Positions 17,948 to 28,300 of a DNA stretch of 46,717 nt are shown piece by piece; within the stretch, counting starts at the first letter, position 1; the number at the start of each line of letters is the position of its first letter. The position numbers and the translations under genes are program-made. Source of the DNA: a bacterium (GTDB taxonomy: Bacteria; Patescibacteriota; Minisyncoccia; Phycocordibacterales; UBA918); the NCBI GenBank assembly GCA_038145135.1, contig JAYQPD010000004.1:1-46717 (forward strand), in the 5' to 3' direction. Below the pieces are notes generated by a model. The model did not search any database and was not told the DNA's origin. It was given only the letters and a program-made list of their open reading frames with translations.

Positions 17948-19219
17948 ATGACGCCCTACGAGCAAATACTGTCGCATATTACGACTGCACTTACTGCGCT
18001 TTCCATACCAGAACATGAAGCGTCGCGTCTCATGACACCAGATGCTATTCATATCAAAGAGCTCACGGTAGAGACCGCTCGCGGCACAGAAAGGTTTGAT
18101 GCATTTCGAGTACAGTTCAACAACGCACGTGGCCCGTATAAAGGTGGAATTCGCTTTCACCCCGACGCAAACGAAGACGAAGTAAAGGCGCTTGCGGCAG
18201 CGATGGCAGTGAAGTGTGCGGTCGTCAACATACCGCTTGGCGGTGCGAAGGGTGGTGTGATGTTCGACCCAAAGAATTATTCACAGGAGGACATCGTAAA
18301 GATAGCGCGTGCATATGCGCGTGCAATGGCAGATCACATCGGCGTAGATCGCGACATTCCTGCTCCCGACGTCTATACCACTCCTGAGATCATGGCAGTG
18401 ATGCTCGACGAGTACGAGCTGGTGAAAGGGAAGAGTGAACCGGGCATGATCACCGGTAAACCGATACTCGTTGGTGGCTCCCGTGGCCGCGGTGAAGCGA
18501 CCGCACAGGGTGGCGCGTATGTGCTCGAAGAATTCGTCCGCTCCATTGAACGTATCCCACACGAGATGCGTGTGGGAGTGCAGGGGTATGGAAACGCTGG
18601 TCGCACGATCGCTCATTTGCTCGCGCGCGACGGCTATCGCATCACCGCACTCTCAGATAGTCGAGGCACCATTTTTCATAACGATGGACTCGACCTTGCA
18701 GTGATCGACGAGATCAAGCGTGAGTACGGTTCTGTTGCCGCACATCCAGATAGAATACCTGGCGCGACCGTCCATGGCAGCACCGATGTGCTTACACTCG
18801 ATGTCGATGTTCTCATTCCTGCAGCGCTCGATAATCAGATACGTCCAGACAATGTACGCGACATTAAAGCAGATATCATTTTAGAACTCGCCAATAATCC
18901 GACAACACCAGAAGCGGATGACCATCTGTATCAGAAAGGCGCCACAGTCATTCCTGATGTGCTCGCAAACGCAGGCGGTGTGACGGTGTCGTACTTTGAG
19001 TGGGTACAAAATCGCACTGGCCTATACTGGACAGAAGACGATGTCAAGGGAAAACTCAAAGAGGTGATGACCACTGCATACCGTGATGTCATTGCGCTCT
19101 CTGAAGAACAAAAGATCTCACAACGCCAGGCTGCGTACCGTCTCGCACTTCACCGACTTCATGAGGCGATGAGACTGCGCGGGAGGTATTCGGTAGAGTC
19201 AGATCACTTTCGCAACTAG
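17948..19219 (+). CDS. gdhA: Glutamate dehydrogenase (Glu/Leu/Phe/Val dehydrogenase family)
   Basis: GPYKGGIRFHP and IPLGGAKGGV catalytic motifs. Rossmann glycine motif VGVQGYGNAGRTIA. 423 aa. Confidence 0.88.
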   Translation: MTPYEQILSHITTALTALSIPEHEASRLMTPDAIHIKELTVETARGTERFDAFRVQFNNARGPYKGGIRFHPDANEDEVKALAAAMAVKCAVVNIPLGGAKGGVMFDPKNYSQEDIVKIARAYARAMADHIGVDRDIPAPDVYTTPEIMAVMLDEYELVKGKSEPGMITGKPILVGGSRGRGEATAQGGAYVLEEFVRSIERIPHEMRVGVQGYGNAGRTIAHLLARDGYRITALSDSRGTIFHNDGLDLAVIDEIKREYGSVAAHPDRIPGATVHGSTDVLTLDVDVLIPAALDNQIRPDNVRDIKADIILELANNPTTPEADDHLYQKGATVIPDVLANAGGVTVSYFEWVQNRTGLYWTEDDVKGKLKEVMTTAYRDVIALSEEQKISQRQAAYRLALHRLHEAMRLRGRYSVESDHFRN

Positions 19220-19231
19220 AACACCCAAAAA

Positions 19232-19269
19232 GTGATAAAAAACCCTTATCGTCAAGGGTTTTTTATCAC
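19232..19269. terminator. Strong, bidirectional-looking intrinsic terminator after gdh
   Basis: Perfect 16-bp stem gtgataaaaaaccctt / aagggttttttatcac with loop atcgtc. The arms themselves carry the A-run and T-run. Confidence 0.85.
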
Positions 19270-19314
19270 CAGCGTGACATTTTCAGTGGGGGTGCAGATG
19301 ATACTATATATGTG

Positions 19315-22300
19315 ATGAGGGAAAAGTATCTGCGGATACATCTTTTTTTGGTGATATTCTTTCTTTTCCTGTGGGTTGTTGTTCCCGGATCCTCTACCTT
19401 CGCTGCGATCAACGAACAGATCAATTTTTACGGAACACTTAAAGATACAAGTGAAAATCCACTCACCGGCACCTACGATATGGTGTTTCGTTTTTATGAT
19501 GCACCAACCGGCGGAACACTTCTCGATACGAGTACACACACGAGCGGCAATGGCAACCCGGTAACGGTAACCAATGGCGAGTTTTCGGTCGTACTTGGTT
19601 CGGGGACCGGCAATGCGCTTGATGGTATTGATTTTTCGAGTAACTCAATCTACGTAGGCCTTACGATCGGCGCTGATTCAGAGATGTCACCCCGTGAGCG
19701 TCTCGCTGCTGTGCCGTATGCGTTCAATAGCGATAAGGTGGACGGATACGACGCAGTCGATCTCCTTCGTGGAAATGCGAGTGGTACTATCTCAGCTTCA
19801 GAAACCAGTACGCTCCTTACGATCACACAAGCAGGTTCAGGCGACATCCTGAACTTGATCGATGGCTCGACAGAAGTATTCACTGTTTTGGATGGTGGCA
19901 ACGTTGGTATCGGTTCATCTTCACCATCTACACGCTTGAGTGTAGCTGGAAGTGCATACATCAACGGCGGTCTCACCATCACAAACATCACCGCGACCGG
20001 CACCTCAGCACTCACCACTCTTACCTCAACCTACGCATCGACCACAAACCTCACCGTCGCTGGAACGCTCTACGATTCCGCAAATTCAGCCGGCACCAAC
20101 GGCTACGTCCTCCAAACGACTGGTAGTGGTGTCGCCTGGGTCGCGACCTCTTCACTAGGACTTGGGGGCGCAGGAGCATCTACCTACCTCGCTCTCACTG
20201 ACACCCCAGGTTCCTTCACTTCATATTCGATCCCGTATACCAACAGCGGCGCAACAGCACTTCTCCACTCATCAACTTTCGTCTTCGATGGCACCCGTCT
20301 TGGTGTAGGAACGAGTACACCATACTGGACCGCTCAAGTCGCCTCAGCGACCACACCCTATCTCGCCCTCACCAACATGGCAGGCAGTTCAGGCAATAAA
20401 CACTGGCTCCTCTCTAACAGTGGTGACGGCATCTTCCGTATCGGAAGGGCTACTGATGCACTCACCAGTACCTCAACTGCACTTCTCATGGATCTGGTTG
20501 GCCACAATTTCATGGTGGATACTCAATCGGGTACTACATCGAGCACCTTCAATATCGGAATTGGATACCAAGCTCTTTTGAGTAATGTCTCAGGTCACAA
20601 TAACGTTGCTGTCGGACAACAAGTATTAAAACTTAACTCAACAGGATTTGATAACGTGGGAGTTGGTGACACTGTCTTGTGGAAGAATACCAGCGGAAGT
20701 AACAATGTTGCTGTCGGTCTGACTTCACTCATCAATAACACAACAGGAAACTTCAATACAGCACTCGGCGCGTACTCAGGTATCAATATCACAACTGGTC
20801 ATTCGAATGTGATCATTGGCGATAATTCGTACGGTGAGAATCTAACTACTGGCTCGGGTAATATTGGACTCGGCACACATACATACTTCCCAAGCGCGAC
20901 CTCTGACCTCCAGCTCGTTATCGGCAACCTCATTTACGGTACACTCCCCGCAACGTCAACATCCTTCCAACTTCCAACGACTGGGGCGGTAGGAATTGCA
21001 TCAAGCTCGCCGCGCGCTCTGCTTGCTGTGCATGCAAACTACGGCTACGCTGAAAGCTCACTTTTTGAGATAGGTTCGTCGACAGCTTCTGCTACCACAA
21101 CCCTTTTTAGGATCTCCAACACCGGTGTCATTACCTCGAACGCAGCTGCAACGTCAACATTTGCGGCGGGTATCAATGCGACCGGTCTTCAAAGTACCTA
21201 CCTCCGTCTTTCGGGAGCCCTCTACGATTCCGCAAATTCAGCCGGCACCAACGGCTACGTCCTTCAAACGACTGGTAGCGGTGTCACCTGGGTCGCCACC
21301 TCATCACTTGGCTTCGGGTCAGGGAACGGTACCGTGAATACTGGTCTCACCGGATACTTCGCGTACTATACTGCTGACGGTACTACGGTAGATGACCAGG
21401 CCACCCTATACCTCTCAGGTTCTAACATAGGCATCGGTACCACAACCCCGACCTCACTCCTCACGGTATATGGAGACGTTGACGCCAGTGCACCAAACGC
21501 CGGGTATAAGATCCAAGGACAACGAGTGCTCTACGCCTCGAGTACCAATCTCTCAACAGTGGTAGGTATTAGTGCGGGATCACTTTTGGATACAAGTGGG
21601 TTACGCAATACTGCAGTGGGATACGAAGCACTCACTGCTGCAACTTCTTCCGACAACAATACTGCGATCGGCTATCAGTCGATGTACTCAAACACCTCAG
21701 GGTTCTACAACCTTGCTGCAGGTGCGTGGTCACTTTACTCGAATACAGGCGGAAGGTGGAATACGGCACTTGGCGCCGGATCATTGACCAACAACAACAC
21801 TGGTGACGACAATGTTGCTGTTGGCGCCGACGCACTTTCCTATAGCACAACTGGCGTTGGCAATACAGGTGTGGGATCGGGCGCTTTATTTAAAAATATT
21901 TCTGCTACTAGTTCTGTTGCGGTCGGTTACTACGCCGGGTTCGGTTCTGGCAGTTCATACTCTAATCAGGGAGGTACCTTTATTGGTTACAAGTCAGGCT
22001 ACAATTCAAGCGACAACTCAGACTACAACACCTTCCTCGGGTACCAGAGTGGATACAACGTCACTACTGGCTCAAACAACATCCTGATCGGTGCTGCTAC
22101 TTCATCAACAGCAATTGCGAATCTCACGACTGGTTCACAGAATATTCTGATCGGCAACAACATTTCACTCCCATCTGCAACCGCAAACGGTCAGCTCAAT
22201 ATTGGAAATCTGATATACGGCACTGGTCTCGATGGAGTTGGCTCAACGCTTTCTACAGGAAACATAGGCATCGGTACCACTTCACCACATGCTCGACTCT

Positions 22301-25300
22301 CGGTTGACACCACATCACTTGGTACGACGAGTGCGTTCCTTGTTGGATCATCGACAGGAACACAGTTTGACGTTGATGGAGAAGGGTTTGTAGGCATCAA
22401 TGAAAAGGCTCAGGATTATCTCTCGATCAATGCAAATCAGGGTGCGGGCGGTATTTACCTACACGGCTCAACCAACGGATCTATCTATAACGTCATAGAA
22501 AACACTAACACTGGCTCAAGTGCGTTCGGAGAATTCCTCACCTACAACGACCGAACGTCATACTTTAAGGCAGGTATTGGGTCGAGTGGCACCACCGCTG
22601 GTGTCTACGCTGACCGTGCCTACCTTTATGCTGGTAACGGCAAATCCGCTGGTCTATCTCTCATTGCTGCCTCATCATCCGCTGACATCCGCTTCTTCAC
22701 AGGAGGGGAGACTGCAGGTGATGAACAGATGCGCCTCACCTCTGCTGGATATCTTGGACTTGGAACCACTACACCAGAGACCTTTATGTCGATCGCGGGA
22801 AATGGTACTACGGCCACACATCTTGAACTGGTAAATACTAATACATCAGGGTGGTCTGAACTTGATTTTGGGAATACGACCGCAACGCACGGGCTTGCGG
22901 GAATATACCTCAATGGTGCGAGTGAAAGTAGTGGTGGTGGCACTAATTCATTCAATATTTTCACCAATGGTGCATACCCACTCATACTCTGGACCAACAA
23001 TCAGGATCGTCTACACATCACGTCAGGAGGTCAAATAGGCATCGGCACCACCTCACCGCATGCTCGACTCTCTATCGACACAACATCACTTGGCACCACA
23101 AGTGCGTTCCTCATTGGGTCATCAACAGGTACCCAGTTCGTGGTTACTAATAGTGGAGATGTCGGTATTGGCACAAGAACACCACAACATTACGATGGTT
23201 ACACTTCACTCACTATTGGTGGAAGCGGATATGGCAACATTGATCTCTTAAATAATGATGGTACACGAGGATTGAGTGCGTATGTTGGCAAAAATACAGG
23301 AAAGAACTACACAGAATTCGATTTCTATAAGGCAGCTGGAACAATAGATGGCTACTTTGGCTATTACGAACAAGATGGTATCTATCTAGCTGGCAGCTCT
23401 GTCCCTGTCCATCTCGCCAATGGAGACACTCCACGATTAACACTCGCAACGAGCAGCAAGATCGGTATTGGTACCACCACTCCTAACTGGGAACTTCAGA
23501 TCGCGACCGCCACCACCCCATACCTCGCCCTCACCAACATGGCAGGTGCCACCGACAAGAAACACTGGCTCCTTTCTAACAGTGGGGATGGCATCTTTAG
23601 GATAGGCACATCGAACGATGCGCTCACCAGTACATCTACAAAGGCGCTCATTGATTCAGCTTTAGGCAATGTTCATTTAGGATTCCAAACAGGCACATCG
23701 ACAGGCACTAACAACGTTGCGATAGGGGACTATGCACTCTATGGCAACACCACTGGTTTTGCCAATATTGCACTCGGGTTTGAATCGCTCCTCGTTAATA
23801 CTACAGGCTACAGCAACATATCTCTTGGGTATCGTGCGCTTAATGAAAGTACCACTGGGTCAAATAACAATGGAATTGGTTCAAGTGCTCTGGGTAGTAA
23901 CACGACTGGGTTCGACAATAACGCAATTGGTGAAGCTGCAATGGAGTTCAATACAACAGGCTCTTTCAATAATGGATTTGGATATCAAGCCCTCTGGGGT
24001 AACACCTCTGGTTCAAGTAATATCGGTATTGGACGATGGAGTGGTGCGAACAACACAACTGGTATCGGTAACATTGCGTTTGGTGAGCGTACCTACTTCC
24101 CCAGCGCAACAGGGAATAGACAGCTCAATATCGGAAATTTGATCTGGGGAAGCCTTCCTGCGACCACCACCGCCTTTGCATATCCGACCAGTGGCGCTAT
24201 CGGTATCGGCTCAACCTCACCAAATGCGCTGCTTTCGATCCACTCACATAGCTCATCCTTTGGTGACCTCCTCAGCATTGGTTCATCGACGAGTGGTGCG
24301 GCGACCTCAACCTACTTCGTGGTGAAGAGTGATGGGAAGGTGGGGATAGGCACTACTTCTCCCAACGCGGTACTCTCGATCGATCCAGGTCAGAACTATT
24401 CAGCATTTGAGATCGGCTCATCGTCGGCTACCACCTTCCAGGTCGGTCGCCTTCAAGGTGCAACATATGTTGGTATTGGTGAGTCTGCACAAGATTATCT
24501 ATCCATCAACGCATCAAGAGGGAGTGGGGGTATCTATCTCCATGGATCAGCGAACTCAAGTATTTATGTACAAGTTGAAAATACAAGTTCCAACTCAGCA
24601 GCGTACGCTGAGTACTATGCAGTGAACGATACAGGCACTCAAGCAACATTCGGCATAGGCTCAAGTAATGCTACTGCTGGTGTGTACGCAGGTCGTGGAT
24701 ATCTATGGTCTAACGTTGCTAAGTCAGCCGGTCTTTCCCTCGTCGCTGCCTCTACCTCAGCAGACATCCGCTTCTTCACAGGAGGGGAGACTGCGGGTGA
24801 TGAGCAGATGCGTATCACCTCAGCAGGTCTTCTCGGCGTAGGAACCACCAGTCCTATTGCAGGGTTCGCGGTTCAAAATGACGGTTCAAGCGGCTGGGAG
24901 GCGTTCTTCAAGTCAACACAAGCTGGTCCTTCTTCTGTCGATATTGGGCTCCAGAGTTCTGGTAGTCAGGTCTGGGATCTCTATGCAGACACCTCAGGAT
25001 ATGTCGGCTTCTATGATGTGTCGTACAACACAACGCCCTTCTCGATCGCTAATAATGCACCCGATTATTCATTCATCATCCAGAGTACCGGGAAGGTCGG
25101 TATCGGCACCTCATCACCAGCGCAAGAACTTTCCGTGGCAGGTGACATCTACTTCACTGGCGGTCTCTATGACAGTTCGGGTAGTATTGGTGCGTCATCA
25201 ACTATCCTCATGAGTACGGGAAGTGGTGCACGCTGGTTTGCTACCTCATCACTTGGCTTCGGTTCAGGCAGCGGCACTGTGGACAGCGGTTCGCTTGGTC

Positions 25301-28300
25301 AGCTCGCATACTACGCAGCTAACGGTACTACGGTCTCAGGTTCATCAAATCTCTTTCTCAATACTTCCAATACCACTTTTGGTATCGGCACCACGTCCCC
25401 ACACGCTCGCCTCTCGGTTGACACCACCTCACTCGGGACGACGAGTGCCTTCACTGTCGGTTCATCAACCAAGACATTATTTAAGATTGCTAATAACGGA
25501 AATGTGGGGATCGGTACCACCTCGCCGACCGAACTCTTGCACGTAGCGCTCAGTAGTGAAGATACTGATGTTGTGGGACTATTTGAGGCTGATAATTCCT
25601 GGAACGCTTCATATATCCAGTTCAAAAATAATGGATCGAGCGTAGGAGGAGAATATATTGGTAGTGCTGGAGCGACACTTGGTCTGTGGACGAACAATAC
25701 AGAGCGATTGACTGTAGGAGCGACTGGCCTCGTTGGTGTCGGTTCAACTTCACCAAACGCACTCCTCTCTGTGCACGCAAACAGCGGTAGCGTTGGCGAC
25801 CTCTTTAACATAGGATCATCAACAAGTGGTGCGGCGACCTCTACCTACTTTGTGGTGAAGAGTAATGGTCGTGTGGGTATAGGTACTACTACTCCTGCTT
25901 CACCGCTCGATCTCTACTCAATCGATACTTCGTTCAACAACGCGGCAGATACTCGGAACACGATAAATGCATTGACATTTATCACACCAAGTTCGAATGA
26001 AACGGTTACGACCAACTACACCACACGTCGCCGAAACGCCGGTATGTTCCAGTCGATCATCCCTGCATCAAACTCAAAAACGGTTTCATCAATTAATGGA
26101 GTGTTTGGCTACTCAGAGAATAGCAGTACCCAGAGTGTTGGTGCGCTTGAAGGTGCTATCGGATTCGCATATAACAAAGCAAACGCAACAGTTCATTTAG
26201 TGACCGGTATCGCTGCATCGGCTGAAACCGATGCAGGGATTATTGACCAGTTGATAGGTTTAGATTCATGGACAGGTGCGTATGGTGGTACGGTCAATAA
26301 GAACTACGGAGCCTACATCTCTTTAGATAATACTGGGTCAACCATTGGAAATCGCTACGGTCTCTTTTTGGCTACACCGATTGGAACTGCAACCAACACC
26401 GATTACGGCATCTACCAGGAAGGTACGCAGGACAACTATTTGGGTGGCAAACTCGGTATCGGCACCACCTCACCCCAAGATATTTTTGTCGTTGATGATT
26501 CTTCAACCTGGTATTCATACCCAACACTGCGTGTAAGTAGTAGCTCAGCAGGATATTCTGAAGTCGGCCTCAGATTGCAAACTCATGATGGTGAGAATGG
26601 ATACATTATTTATGAAACTCAAGGCGGTGGACTCAATCTTTGGAGTTCTGAGACCAAACGAGCTATGACCTTAAAGAGTTCGGGCAACATCGGCATCGGC
26701 ACCACCTCACCGCATGCTCGACTCTCTATCGACACAACATCACTTGGCACCACAAGTGCGTTCCTCATTGGGTCATCAACAGGTACCCAGTTCGTGGTTA
26801 CTAATAGTGGAGATGTCGGTATTGGCACAAGAACACCACAACATTACGATGGTTACACTTCACTCACTATTGGTGGAAGCGGATATGGCAACATTGATCT
26901 CTTAAATAATGATGGTACACGAGGATTGAGTGCGTATGTTGGCAAAAATACAGGAAAGAACTACACAGAATTCGATTTCTATAAGGCAGCTGGAACAATA
27001 GATGGCTACTTTGGCTATTACGAACAAGATGGTATCTATCTAGCTGGCAGCTCTGTCCCTGTCCATCTCGCCAATGGAGACACTCCACGATTAACACTCG
27101 CAACGAGCAGCAAGATCGGTATTGGTACCACCACTCCTAACTGGGAACTTCAGATCGCGACCGCCACCACCCCATACCTCGCCCTCACCAACATGGCAGG
27201 TGGTGACTACCAAAAGCACTGGCTCCTCTCTAACTCAGGTGATGGTGCCTTCAGGATCGGTACTGCTTCAAACAGTCTCACCTCGACGACCACTGAGCTC
27301 CTTATCGACAGCGCACTCGCGAACTTCAGAGTGGGCAGTACCATATCTGGTACTTCATATGGTACCTATAACGCAAGTATCGGTTTTGATGCGCTCACCT
27401 CGGTCACGTCAGGAAGTAACAACATTGCACTTGGTCAGACCGCACTCAATAAGACAACTTCAGGCTCGTACAACGTGGGTCTAGGATATGCTGCGCTCTA
27501 TAACAACACTGCTGGTCAGTACAACACAGCACTTGGATACAATGCACTCAATGCCACTACGTTTGGTGACAACAACATTGGCATCGGTAACTCTGCACTC
27601 AGCGCGAACACTAGCGGAGCTAACAACATCAGTATCGGCAAGATCAGTGGTGCAAACGTAACAACGGGCTGGGGCAACATCGCTCTTGGTGAACGCTCGT
27701 ACTTCCCCAGCGCAACAGGGAATAGACAGCTCAACATAGGAAACCTGATCTACGGTTCTCTCCCTGCAACCACAACCGCCTTTGCGTATCCGACCAGTGG
27801 TGCGCTCGGTATCGGCTCAACCTCACCAACCGCACTGCTTTCACTCCATGCCAATACAGGCGCGAGTTACACAAATCTCTTTACCGTTGGTTCATCCACA
27901 GCTTCTGCTACTACCACACTCTTCAATGTAGCAAGCAATGGTGGAGTGGGTATCGGCACGACCTCGTCTTCCGACTTCCTCACTATTGATGCTGGCACTG
28001 GTGTATCGGGAGGACTCTCGATATGGGGAAATGTGAACAATTCTGTATATTCTTACCTTTACAACGCCAATAGTGGTTCAAATGCCTACGCAGACTTCTG
28101 GTCAGAGAACAACAGAGGGTCACTTGCTGACTTTGGTATTGGTAGTTCAGGGACCACCGCAGGCGTCTATAACGACCGAGCGTATCTATACGGAGGAGGA
28201 GGTTTCTCAAACGGTGTCTCAATCGTTGCAGCATCAACATCAGCTGACATCCGCTTCTTCACAGGAGGGCAGACTGCAGGTGATGAGCAGATGCGCCTTA

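Noticed and set aside
23060-27103. Identical small ORF pairs (23060..23251 = 26714..26905; 23213..23449 = 26867..27103) as duplicated small genes
   Set aside because: They are off-frame or antisense shadows of the perfect 511-bp repeat inside the giant fibre CDS.
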